Positions 25,790 to 38,100 are shown, counted from the whole stretch's first letter. The stretch: DNA of 58,931 bases, filler included, from Sphacelaria rigidula (GCA_964200075.2; 9 parts of 9 records of this genome joined end to end with filler, not necessarily neighbours in it), one strand, 5' to 3'. The notes: generated by a model from the letters alone, not told the origin. A program made the numbers and translations.

Positions 25790-26137
25790 AGCACTACAGT
25801 ACCATGTAGTGCACTTTAGTGCACTAAAGCATTGCAAAAGCAGTGAAGGGTCGTAGTGTACGGTACGGTACAACATGGCGGGGTGGTCTGGGAAATAAGA
25901 ATCGAGTGCCCCTTGGTGCCTTCCTCCTCATGTCTTCGATCGAATCTAAGCTTTGGCATATTTTCCCTTGTGTTTGCACGCGAGAAATCATCGAAAGTAG
26001 TCGAAGCAAGCTGAGGGCATAAATACCGTGGACCGCCTCATGTGTACCGCTTCGCGAATTCCACTGTCTTCGTTTCATCGAAAACTTGCAAGGGTCGGAC
26101 AAATAATGATTCGTTTGGAAATTACTTGGTTTTAGAA

Positions 26138-26237
26138 NNNNNNNNNNNNNNNNNNNNNNNNNNNNNNNNNNNNNNNNNNNNTTAATTAATTAANNNNNNN
26201 NNNNNNNNNNNNNNNNNNNNNNNNNNNNNNNNNNNNN
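26138..26237. other. Artificial contig linker
   Basis: 44N-TTAATTAATTAA-44N. Confidence 0.98.
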
Positions 26238-26295
26238 CCCAAGCGTGGGAATTCCCAGCTTCTGGTTGTGCTCGGCTTTTCCCATTTCGATTTAC
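26238..26295 (+). mobile_element. Internal fragment of the MITE at 574-825
   Basis: cccaagcgtgggaattcccagct.ct.gttgtgctcggct.ttcccatttcgattta matches 707-763. Confidence 0.85.
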
Positions 26296-26548
26296 TCACC
26301 CTAACCCAAGTAGGGTTAGGGCCCTAACCCTGCCTTTTTCATCTCATGTGTTTTTGCCCTTCGTCGGTACCGCTAGGCTGTGACTCCAGCCGCCCTCTTT
26401 TTCGCTCTTTTCCCGCGCGTTTTCGACTGACTTCTTATATTGAAAATATTTTATTTCCTTCTCTCTACATCTCGGTGAATCAATGCACTCGTTTGTATGT
26501 TTTCATGAACCAAATGATTTCTTCACAAACTCTACATCTATCGTATTG

Positions 26549-26762
26549 TCTTTCCCTTGCTGAGAAAAGTGAATCGAATGACCAACCGTCCATCCATCCA
26601 ATGAATTATTTATTTATGAGATTATTTGATTATTATTCATAGTATTATATTGCCTTTCCCTTGCTAAAAAAAGAATGAATCAAACGACCAACCATCCATC
26701 CATCCAACTAATGAATGAATGAATGAATTACTTCATTATTTGATGATTGAATTATTATTCAT
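26549..26762. repeat. AT-rich tandem duplication, ~105-bp period
   Basis: ctttcccttgct..gaccaacc.tccatccatccaa..attattattcat occurs twice. Confidence 0.75.
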
Positions 26763-26948
26763 GATAATAAAAAAAAAAATCAACCATCGTCGCGCCTTTT
26801 TTCGTTCTGGTTTTTCCTACACGCCTCGTCTAATTTCCTCTAAACTTCGTGCTATACGCGAAGCCCGACGCCTGTCTCACACGTCACACGTCACACGTCA
26901 CACGTCCAGCAGGAAATTTGTTCGTCGAGAGTTGAGCTACTGTAACAC

Positions 26949-27052
26949 AGGCTAGCAATAGGGTGGGGGACGGCGGGAGGAGCCCTGAGCCCTGATTTGA
27001 CTTGACTTTTGAACAGAGCTCCACGCGTCGTCCCCCACCCTATTGCTAGCCT
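26949..27052. repeat. 104-bp element with 27-bp terminal inverted repeats
   Basis: aggctagcaatagggtgggggacggcg pairs with cgtcgtcccccaccctattgctagcct, 1 mismatch. Confidence 0.85.
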
Positions 27053-27248
27053 AGCTTAACTGTGCACGTTAAACCTGAAAAATGAATGTGTGACGTGGTT
27101 TTTTGCCCGGGGAACTCGCATGTTGGCGCTGTCCTACTGGAAGTCTGCGCCAGGCGATGCCAATTATGCTCCATCCTCTTTAACGATCCATGCACTTCTC
27201 TTTCCGTGGCTTGCTCTAACGGTGTGAATCGCTTCATTTCCATTCCAG

Positions 27249-29620
27249 GGCGGCGGCCGGCGCTGCACGGGGGAGTGTTCACCTTCACGTCGACCCGTCA
27301 TGGACGCCCACTACACTACGGACCGTTGTCCAACTTTTGCTTCTGGGGCGTGCGTATTTTTCCGCAACGTCCAAGAATCGCCGGTGTACACGCTAGCATG
27401 CGTTGAAGAAACCGCGCGGAGAAGCTCGCCGTTCGGGTTTTGTGTTTGTTCATGTGTCGGTTCTCAGACTACCTCGGAATCAGCTTTCGCGCGTAGGACA
27501 AGTCAGCTGAGGTTCACTCGAGTCCAGACATAACTCAGCGGCGTATGTTCGGACCTGGTGAAGTGGTCAAGATAGTTCAGCGGTTCACATTCTCGCAGAG
27601 TGATTCATAGAATAGAAGTGAGAGGTGTACATTCTGGTCGGGTAAGGTATGGTAGTTAACCCTGCAGGGTAACCTCTGGCCGGGTGACTCACACACCGTG
27701 ACTGAGTTCAATCACAGGTTGTCCCACGTGTGCGACCTTCGGACCGAGAGGTGTACTCTTACCTTTCCACGACGGACATGCGATGGCGAAGTTCCCGTAC
27801 GTTGGAGACGGCAAACCGGATAAACTGCCACAGAACTGAAGCCCCTGACAAAAACAAGAAAATCAACATCGACAGACTCCTCCTCCTGTCCTCCTCGTCC
27901 TCCTCTACTCCGCTGTATTTTTTTTTTCTCGTCCCACCTTTTGTCCTTTTCTGTTTTTTTCGACATACGTACCTGCCCCACGCCCCTCTCGACTTCCATG
28001 AAAGCCGCCAGTAGGGCCCGGGTTCGTAGGTTGCTCGCTTGGTTGCTCGCTTACGTTATCGCTTGGCTGATCACAACACTGTAGACCAACCCTTACGCCG
28101 CGCGAGTACGCCATCCGTGAAATCGTGAGCGATTTCGCTTCAAAAACGTAAGCTGGATCCGGTGACCGTAACCTTCGCGGGGTCGACTGATCCCCCGTTG
28201 ATCCAGCCGTGGTACCACGGTGGACGTACCCGAGACGGAAATAAAATGGAACAGCCCGCTGATGAGGTGCCGGGAGAGGTGAAAGGTGAAGCAGACGAAC
28301 GGAGTAGACCGAAAGGGATGCAGGAAATAAGAAGATGGGGGGGAGGGGCACAAGTCCGCGTCAAAAAACGAAAACAACTAGAAATGACCGGCCTCTGTGG
28401 CGTGCCCTGTGGGAGGGCGGAATGCCCGAAAAAGTACAGAGCGGGTACTACTGAGGAAACATGAACCCAATCAGCCCCTTCAAAGTTTGGTGTCAAGACC
28501 ACGTGATGATCTGGCTGAGCGGGTAGGGGGCTCAAAAGCAACGAGGGCACGATGAAAGACGAGGGTTTTCCAACCGTCCGCCGGTCTTCGGCGTCTCTCT
28601 TTACTCATTTTTCTTGAGCGTTTTTCTGGGCCCGTTACGGAGGCACGCATGTTGTACGTCGTCTCCATTTCATACCGCAGCGCTTCCGACTCTACGTTGC
28701 CGATGTTGCATCGGCGCATCGGGCAAACGTTTTTGCCGGCGAACTTCGTCCCTCACCGTCGCTAAATTCGATGGAAGAAAAGCTTCGATTTGACAGTCCC
28801 GCTCTGTACGGTAGTTACCCAGAGATCATGAGGACGTGCGCCCGGGTACTACATACCACGGCAGTCTAATGTGGAAACCCATCCGGGGCCTCCCCGTACG
28901 TGCATTCTTGCACTGCTTCAAGCCCCATGTACGGAACTGGGTTGATGCATCCTGATGGTGCGCGCATATCTCGACAAAGCGCCGTGCGCGGCACGGGTTG
29001 GCTTCACTGACTCCCGTGAGAAGCGAGAGAGCGGGGTCGGCGCCTCCAACTGTCCTGACACTTACATGCGGGACCTCGTCTGTCTCTGTGCGGGTCGGTA
29101 TACTCTGGCACGGTTGCTGGGTCGAACCTCCACGCCCATTTCCGCCGTGACAGGCCGGGGGCCCCGTCACCGTCCGGCCGGGGAGGAGCAAGTAGCCCGC
29201 TTTCTACGTCCTCGCTGGCCACTGTCCCGTACAACGCTCCTTTGTTTCGAGCAGCTAGCAGCACGGTGAGTGTTGAGTGTCGCTAGGCAGGTACACTCCG
29301 CTTACTCTCGTGCTGTGCTGAAGTCACGCCGCATCCTGGCCTACATGAATTACTCCGAAAGCTTTCGAAGTGCCACGCTGAACTGAGCTGCACGGTACCA
29401 CGGTTGAACTGTCCTGCAGTACGTACAGTTGTCTCGATTCGTGCTTCGGGGCGTAGGGGCTAAGCTCACGCCCCGCCCTATCGAGACGAAACGTCGCGGC
29501 ATCTCGCCCTGCAGCCCTGCCAGTCGAGATCAAAACGAGCCTAACCCGGCGTCGTGCCTACCGTTACAGCGCTCCTGCACCTTTTTGTTTGTCTCCAAAG
29601 GGCCGGACATCACATACCCT
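27249..29620 (+). pseudogene. Intron-containing tyrosine-recombinase-like pseudogene (Crypton-like candidate)
   Basis: Exon-like pieces in the expected order: TQRRMFGPGEVVKIV (~27535-27580); box I-like DREVYSYLSTTDMR (27742-27783, after cag|GTT at 27718); WKPIRG..CILMVRAYLDK (28870-28980); box II-like LTPR(fs)LSRRNVAAS..LPVEIKTSLTRR (29465-29555). Contains stops and frameshifts. Confidence 0.5.
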
Positions 29621-31749
29621 TGCAGCGTGTAAGTTTGAGACATAAACCCCCTGTGTCCACTGTTGGAACCCATCTGGAGTACCACTCACCGCAACCTTAA
29701 CCCCAGCCGAAGGCAAATCGAGCACGAACCCCCGGGTAAGGGGAGTGCGACGGCTGCCGCAGGGCGGCTTTGTGTTGGCGGATTTCAAGTCGGGAAATAT
29801 GCATGAGGAGGTCGCGCGCGGCGTCTCCTTCATTTGGTGTCACGTGATGTTGCCTCTCCGAAGAGTATTTTTCACACCCTGGACAATGGAATACACGGTA
29901 AAACAATATACTGCGTACAGTATGGAATGTATTGTCTATCGCAGTAGACAATAGATTCCATACTGTACGCAGTATACTTTTTCGGAGAACCATAATTTCT
30001 CGTTGAATTTTGTAGAAGCTTATGCAAGGTCACGCACCATGTGCTCCGCTAATCCTGGGCACCTACGGCTTGAGCTGTGTGTCGTTCATTGATGGGAGCA
30101 CAGGCTCCCTGTCGGGGCAAGGCTTCGACACCTCGAGCGTGTTCTGATCTCGCACGCATGCCCGTTCGTCTCAACTGAACGGCTTATTTTTCCTGTCTGC
30201 ACTGCTGCTGCAGCTGCTACGTTACGCTATGCATGCTAGTTTTATTCATGAATGACTCCAGATGCAGCGGTATTCACATTTTGCGAATTTGAATCAGCAT
30301 CATCCGGACGGGTGCTGACCCGTTGTATGTGCGTACCGTGCGCGCCTCACACAAGTCACCGGTTCTCTTCAAAATCTTAAACGTTTTGCGCAAGGTCGCA
30401 CACTTTCTCAGCTGATGGGTAGCTACGGTTTTCTTGGCTGTCCGATCCATTGAGCGCGGCGGCGAGAGCCGCCAAGCCTCCGCATGTATTCATTACGTCT
30501 TCCGAGCGCATGTCGAACGTCAACAGCCAGCTTGATCACGTTTCTTCTCGAGTTCAATCACAACTGGCATATTGCCGAATCCTACACCGCTATGCCCACC
30601 GTGAGTTCGCGAAATATGCGGTCGATGAGTCGAGGTGAACAAAAAATATCAGATATCCCAACGGGTCGCTCTGGGCGGGCGAGCATACTTGCTCTCCATT
30701 TTCCCGCCGCTTGTTCATTCTTTGTTTGACTTGGGGGAAATTCACACGGCGGCTGACGCGCGCCGTGACACGAGGCGCTTGTTGCCGCAGGCACTGCGTT
30801 TCTCTCGCGTTGGTTGCGTGGTTCGAAGTGCTTCGAGCGAGGTGCGCCGCGGCGGGTGTACATCCTCTCCCCCGCTCATGTTGCCTGTAGGTTGGGTTGT
30901 TTTTCTGTGCGGGCCCCTCCGCGCTTGGGCGTAGCCGTTCGACCGCCGAGGTGCGGAAATCCGTCGAGTTCGGCACATGATCTCACGTGAGGCACGGCTC
31001 GGAGGTGCGTCTCGTGCGTAACCGTAAGGTGCGGAGACACCGATGAGGTGGTCACACCCTGCGGCTTACCCCTGACGGAAAAAGCAGCAAATATCAGAAG
31101 ACAGGGAAGTACGGTCACGGCCGGACCAACATCCGAGGGAAGGGCGTTCTCCACGGATGGTTGGCAGTTGAAGGACCCGAAATATGTTGATATGTCGTAG
31201 CACTCCACGACGAAAATCCCCCAAAACACCATGAGAAAAATATGAAGGAAATGTGAAGACCGGGGAGTACCCCCGTTAACGGATGAAAACATGGGTGGGC
31301 AGCCGCTCTCGACGGATGGTTGGAGGTGGAAAGACCTGATGACTGTAGACGCGCCCCCACACAAGACGAGGGGGGAATAGGAAGGAAATAAACGAAGAGA
31401 GGTGCGGTCATGAGCGGGCTGTATATCCGTTCTCGGCGGATGGTTGGAGGCAGGAGGAGCAGGTATTGATGTTGACCGGTTGTCCGCGAGCAGAGGTCGC
31501 CTGTTGAATCGGCATCGATCTTAGTCGAAAAATGTATGCATGATGGAGAGGGAGTGGCGGTTATGCCGAGGGGTTGAAGACCCAGCCACGGCATTATTCT
31601 CATGATGGGAGTACACGGCTCCTGATCCGTAGGTACGCCCAACGGATGGGCCGATGGGGGATGACGGATAGCACAAGAGCAGACGAACTTGACCGATGAT
31701 CCCACCCCCTCGAGAACCACCCTACCTGACCACTTTTTTCCTTGTCCCG

Positions 31750-32175
31750 ATGTTGTCGTCGAAGAAAGAGCGCGACCCAGTCGCGTTAGAGTCTACCGTG
31801 GTGGAGTGTCCTGTTGATTCGTGCACTTGGTCCATCGAGATTTTCGGTAGGCGCGACAACGGCCGAGACACGACTTTTTACCTCAAACCTCGCCACGTCC
31901 CGCCCGGTCTACCCGAATCAAAACAGCCTTGGGCAGTCACAAGACAGCAGCGCGCGCACCTCGCACGTCACTCGCGTCGGGTGGAGCAGGAGAGCCGGGA
32001 GGGGCGGTTCGTGGAACAGGTTCGAAAACGGCTGGCGTCGAAGCGGTTCAAGGCGGGAGGCTCTACCGCCGCCGAGTTGGCCGCCTCACGGCGGGCGAGA
32101 AAGAACGAGCTGCAGAGGGCGACGTACAGGGAGGATACACGGCTCCTCCACTTGGACAGGGAGCGGGGGTGGAAA
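31750..32175 (+). CDS. Putative exon with a C2H2-like motif and a basic coiled-coil region; function unknown
   Basis: Open frame ECPVDSCTW...RAHLARH...RRARKNELQRATYRE ends at a GWK|gtgagt donor. The 5' boundary is uncertain. Confidence 0.4.
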
Positions 32176-32345
32176 GTGAGTAGTAACGCGTTTTCTCCTC
32201 GCCTGGCTTGCGCGCGCAGACCGTCTCTTCTCGTATGCTAGTATACCTTTGGTGTCGTAGCCGACTGGCGCGCGGCGTTCGATAGGTGACCGGCGCCGCC
32301 CTGGTGCGTCTGGGTTGCGGTAGCCGACGGAAAAGACGCACGAAG

Positions 32346-32599
32346 GGTTTTTTGAACCACTCGTTTTTCGGCGATTCCGCACGGAATATCAACGGTAGAT
32401 TCCCCGTTCACTCGCTGACACCCTCACCATTGGGCTTTTCGAACCACTCGTTTTTCGGTGATTCCGCACGGAATATCAACGGCAGATTCCACGTTCACTC
32501 GCTGACACCCTCACCATTGGGCTTTTCGAACCACTCGTTTTTCGGTGATTCCGCACGGAATTTCAACGGCAGGTTCCACGTTCACTTGCTGACACCCTC
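32346..32599. repeat. Tandem repeat, 87-bp unit x3
   Basis: gaaccactcgtttttcgg occurs at 32354, 32441 and 32528. Confidence 0.95.
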
Positions 32600-32696
32600 G
32601 CGATGGATGATGAGCCCCCCCCCCCCCCTCCTGCTCCGTCTCGAAAGGGATGCGTGGTCAATGGTCAAACGACTAAGGCAAGCAACAAATGAGTAC

Positions 32697-32796
32697 NNNN
32701 NNNNNNNNNNNNNNNNNNNNNNNNNNNNNNNNNNNNNNNNTTAATTAATTAANNNNNNNNNNNNNNNNNNNNNNNNNNNNNNNNNNNNNNNNNNNN
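32697..32796. other. Artificial contig linker
   Basis: 44N-TTAATTAATTAA-44N. Confidence 0.98.
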
Positions 32797-32865
32797 GAAT
32801 CGAATCCCCCAACTCAACCATCAGAAGGTTACGAGGTTACCAACTGAGCCACCGGAACGACCGGC
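32797..32865 (-). mobile_element. tRNA-derived SINE head, truncated by the contig end
   Basis: Minus strand reads GCCGGTCGTTCCGGTGGCTCAGTTGG(A box)TAACC...GGGATTCGATTC(B box). No convincing cloverleaf. Confidence 0.65.
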
Positions 32866-34189
32866 TTACTGTACTGTAGGTTCAAAAGACTAGCACCATT
32901 GACGGTCAGAGGATCATCCTGTTTTTTTGAAACGGACTTTGTTGCCAACTCTGGAGAAATATCGTTTCGAGACAGGGAAGCTAGGGACTGCCCGACGGAA
33001 GCGATGATACGAGGTGCTCTACCAAGTCTCACACAAGATTTTTACTTCCCCTGCGTGCCCCAAAAGTGAAGGTCCTCATGGGGGTCAGATCATGTCTCGC
33101 CAATGTACTTGCCTGCGATGCTAAAGTTAGGTTTGCTGAAAAGTTATTGATTCAATGATGATCAGAAAAAAACAAAATCCGATTCGGACTTACTGAGAAT
33201 TAGTGGGTCAACCAGTGGGACTTTGGCGAGTTTGGGGGATTTTTTCAGAATCTTTTCGAGAATTGTTTCGAGAATTTATGTTATTTACGACGTTCGGAGG
33301 CCCACCGCATCCCACAACCACGATCCATTCCCCTCTTCATCGTAAACGAGGCGCCAAGTATCGTTGCGCCGCCGTTACGCCATCATCGCAGTGGAGATAG
33401 CGTCGGTCATCCCACCAGGCGAATCAAGCGTACCCAGGGGCGCTCCAGCGCCTATCGCGGAGCGCTACGGTGTTGGCAACATTGGTCCGAGTTCAAAACT
33501 GAAAAGGGTGGTGAAATATGTTCAGGGGGGCTTGACGAAGGGCTGAGACTACCGTATATAGCATAAAGCCCCAGTGAGGGCGAGGATGATTAACGATTTT
33601 TTATTGTTTTTTTTTCGTAACGTTTTCATCCCTGGAAAAGACATGAAATACGCCTTTTTGGGGGCCGACAGCTTTTTTTCCCGGCCGTTCATGCATACAG
33701 GGCGGTGCGTGCACAAGAAGAAATATGGGTTTAAACTAAAGAAGCACCGAAGATTTCGAAAAAATTACCGCCTATGGCGTCGGACATTAAGGTTCTGTGT
33801 AATCATGAGGACCTTTTCTTATGGGAAAGAGGAAGTATTACCCGCAGTCTCAGGACGATCCTTCACCTGCCAAACTGCATGAACCGCAACAACTTGCACC
33901 CATTCTTGCAGGAAACACCGGTGAGAAATGTCAGTTGCGTAGAAGCACTAGGATCAGGGTGCCCTCCGAAGCAGGGAAACATAGCACTGGTAGTTATCTG
34001 CGAATGTGCGAGGAGAGAAATTCGACCATTACGAAGACTTCAGTTACGAATAAGTGGAGTATGCTCTTGTGACCGGGCCACTAAACGAGAAAAAAAGAGA
34101 ATAGGATGAGTTTACAAGGACGGACCTGAACAATTTCCAATTGTTTCCATGAACGGACCCGAAAAATTACCCGGAAGCTGTTAGTGGCG

Positions 34190-34690
34190 ACCATTTCAAG
34201 GGGTGGGTTGAAAGCATCAGAGAAGAGTACCGATCGCTTCAGGATCAGGACGTGTTCGAGTGGGGTGACCCTACAGAGCACAAAGATACGAAACCCATTC
34301 CCTCCATATTCATCTTCAGGTGAATTATGACAAAAGAAGGAAAACATTTCAAGCAAAAGCCGGAGATTGTCGTGCAAGAATTTCATGTGGTGGACGGGCA
34401 GAGACAAGACTGCTCCAGCCGCCCACCTAGAACCTGTACGTTTGATGATCGCGCTACTAGCGGCCAGAGACAACCTCCCCCTTCATCAACTGGACGTGAA
34501 GACGGTATTTCTCCAAGGCCAAATGGGACCCATCGAACCGGATGCATACATGTTTACGTGATTCTTCCGGAAGTCTTCGAATGTACGGAGAGAAAGACGG
34601 AGCAAATATGGAAATTAGAAGCGTGGCTTTCCGGACTTCAGATGTCACCACGCGGCTGGCGGGGGGCTTTTCACTCTTTTTGAGGGTGCT
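34190..34690 (+). mobile_element. Ty1/copia reverse-transcriptase remnant
   Basis: APAAHLEPVRLMIALLAARDNLPLHQLDVKTVFLQG and IWKLEAWLSGLQMSPRGW match copia RT motifs (QLDVKTAFLxG; LYGLKQAPRxW). Frameshifted. Confidence 0.85.
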
Positions 34691-35199
34691 GTAGCCAAAT
34701 ACCAAGTCATAGGTTTCAGCATAATTGCATGCATGATTGGAGCAGTGGCAGGGGACAGGGGATCCTGGATTGATGCCCCTTATCTATGTGGCCCCTTGCT
34801 CTCTGGCTCTTGATGTGGTCTGCTCCTGGATCACTCCGTGATAATAACAAGTGAGAAGGAAGGACTTATCGAGCACGAAGCCAATGCTACAGGAGGAGAC
34901 CTCGTGGATAGTCCTCTTGTCCAGATCGTCTGGCAGAGGCTACAATATCTAGATATTATTTCCGGCACTCTGTTAGAGGAGGTTGGCTGAAGAGAAGTGA
35001 CCAGCAGCTGAGAGCCAGTTTAGCCCGCAGACAGGAGGAGACCAACTTGAAGCGCACAGCAGTGCGGGACGCTCCGTGAGCTGGAAGACGCACAAGTCAG
35101 GCAAGAGTCTCTCCGTGAAGTGTTTGAAGCATAGACGACATGGCTCAAGCGGCGGCAGCGCCGCTGGTGTTGGGTGAGCCACTAGAACTGCTTAAAAAT

Positions 35200-38100
35200 G
35201 GCGAAGTGTGGACAGAGGAGGCATCATGAACTCAGCGTTGGGGTCTCGCGAATTCACAGGGAATCGTGAGGCATGAGAGGGTGAGCATAGGTCAACGTAT
35301 TCCCACCTATATTCATCGGTGCTTCGAAGATTTTTACAAGGACCGTCGGGCTATGGCCCCGGATGAATTGCTTGATGCCGTGAAGAAGCATGCAGGGTAT
35401 ACTACAGCCGGCGGAAAGCATGACGCTGCGCGGGCTGCAGCAGATCTACGTAGAGTTCTTATTATGCCACAAAGCAGTGGGGAACCTGTCAAGGACCGTG
35501 CGATGATGGTCAGTTCAGCTGTGGAATTTTTTTCTCAGAAAACCCGACGGTTCAAGCTATGTACCGTGCGGAGGACAGGAATCAGTTGCCAGGCTCGACC
35601 GAGTCGGTTTCCATAGCTTTGGTGGACGGGATTTCGCCCTCGAAATTCAAGGCGTATGTTAGAAGTGTACTAACGTATGTTGACGGCTGGAAAAAGAACC
35701 CGACAGTGGTGTTCAAAAACATATTTGAGGCGGCCGACCCGTGGAAGTTCATTGAAGCACATAGCCGGCGCGATTCTGCAACAAGTGCAGGTGGTATGCG
35801 CCGCAACCAGCAACAGCAACAGAAACAGCAGGCGTCTTCGCGAGCATCGTCCACTCGCGCGTGATACAACTGCGGCGACACCCGACATATGATCAAGGAC
35901 TGCCCTAAGCCTCGCGCTCAAGGCGGTCGTCACTGTGGACGGGGCCGTGCCAATCAGGGACGCGGCCGCGGCGGCCGCGGTAGCAAGCAATCGGCGGCGG
36001 ATGGTGGTTCCTCCGCTGCAGTTTCTTCCACCACGTCGTCAGGTGGTGACTCTGGATCTTGTGGTTCGTCCGTAGCGGGGCGGACAGTGTACGTGAGAAA
36101 TGCAAATACTTTGGTGGGTAGTGCTGGAGCGAATAGCTCGCAACCCCTCGGCCAGGCAGGATCCGTGTCTGGTGCATTCGCTACTGCTGCGACGGCTGTA
36201 ACAGCGCCGTCTGCATATTCAGCGACTTGGTCTGGTTGGACTGACGATTCGCAGCTATCGATGCCAAGTGCTGGAGGGCAACCCTGGCATCAGGTGACTC
36301 TTGGGACAGAACAGGTGTTCTTCGGCAGGCGTGGTACCTGTCGATCGCAAGGCTGAATGCTTACGCGCAAATTTGTCCTCGCCTGGTTCTGTAGGTTCGT
36401 TCATGGCCCGCGTGATTCTGGATACTGGGTCCGCTCTCACGTCGATCGGTGCGGGGTTGCTTGAGCAAACATCTTCGCAGTTTGGCGGCGCTCAGCTTCA
36501 GATTCCGTTCGAGAACGGACCGCAAACGGCGCAGACCGCCACGTGTGCTCCCGTGACGGTTACACACAAAACGGTGCCGATCACTGTAAGCGTGCGTACG
36601 CCGTGGGGGGCTGTGGAGTTGCAGCCCATTACTTTCGCTATCATGTCCGGTAGGGACAACGTGGTTCTATTTGGGATGGCGACGATGAAGGACCTCGGGA
36701 TTGACTTGTATCCGCTGGCGTTCGAGAAATGACGTCCGCGTGCTGTGCCGGTATAAACCGGCGTGGAAACTCCCACCTATCTTGCTGCAAGGCGTGTGAT
36801 CGTATCCATACGGTCATTCCAAAGCGCCAATGAGGAGGAGGCTCCTGCTGATTAAGCGGTGGAGCGCTTGGTCGATCGGGGGTCGGACATGTTCATGGAC
36901 CCAGCAGAGGAAACAGGTGCCAGAGAACGTGCACTCGAGGATAGCGTGCAGCAGGCCGAGCAGAAGGGCCTGAGCGCCGATGGCGCACATTGTCTGCGCG
37001 ATAGTTTGGCTCGAAGCGTAAATACATTTCGCCGTGCGCTGCGTGGTGATCCGCCAGCGCGCGTAAGGCCCATGAGGGTGCAGCTCAAGCCCCAGACAAA
37101 CGTGGTGAAGGCCAAGCCCAGACGGTACAATCCGGAGAAGACCGGGTGGCTTGCCTGATGCATCGCAGCTTTGGTGGCGTTTGGTTTAGTGGTGAGGAAC
37201 ATCCAGGCTGTGTGGGCGAGTCTGGCGATGGCGGTGCCAAAAAGGGGCACATTCCGTTTGGTCAGCGACGATCAGGTGGTGATTTCGCAAGTGGAACAGT
37301 CTCCGGGGGTGATGCCAAGCCAAGAAGACATGCGGGAGTTGCTGGGAGCCCAATGCTTCGCCAAGTTGGACCTGCTACAGGGGTATTGGCAGATGCCTCT
37401 GGCACCGAAGGCTCAGGAGATCGTCACGATCGTCACGCCGGACGGTTTGTTTACGCCTACTCGTTTCCTGTAGCGCGTGTTCAACGCCACGGCGCATTTC
37501 CAAGGTGTGCTGACTGACATTTTGCGAGGTCTAGATTGTAAAGTGTGCGTGGATGACGTTTTCTATTCTGCTGAAACCGAAGAAGCACTATTGGCTTTGC
37601 TTGACACACTTCTTGGCCGCTTAAAGAGTGTTGGTCTGTTCGTCGCTGCGCATAAGTGTACTTTTTTCGCCCGCGAAGTGGTTTGGTGTGGTAAGGTGTA
37701 CTCCAAGGAAACTGTTTCGCATGATCCCGTCCGTATTTACGGTTTGAGCAATATGTGACCTCCTCAAAACGCTAGTGAGCTGATGCAGTTTCTGCAGGCG
37801 GTGAATTGGTTGCGGACTTCGCTCCCGCGCATTGCGGAAGTAGTTGCTCCGCTTCGAGTATTTCTGGAACAACACATGGTCGGGGCTTCGCGTCGAACCA
37901 AGCGGGTGGCGCGTTATCGTACCATTCCGGAGGACGCATGGACGGAGGATCGTGTGCGGGCATGGCATGCTGCGCAAGATTTGGTGGAGCAAGCGGTGCC
38001 GCTGTATCATCCTCGTCTGGATGCGTTGTTCTCATGTTCCTAGATGCTTCCGACTTTCGCTGGGGTAGTTTTTCACGCAAGTGCCTGTCGCAGAGTTTAG

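Noticed and set aside
35168..35186. PBS-like TGGCTCACCCAAC on the minus strand marking another LTR element
   Set aside because: No adjacent LTR or recognisable gag could be identified.
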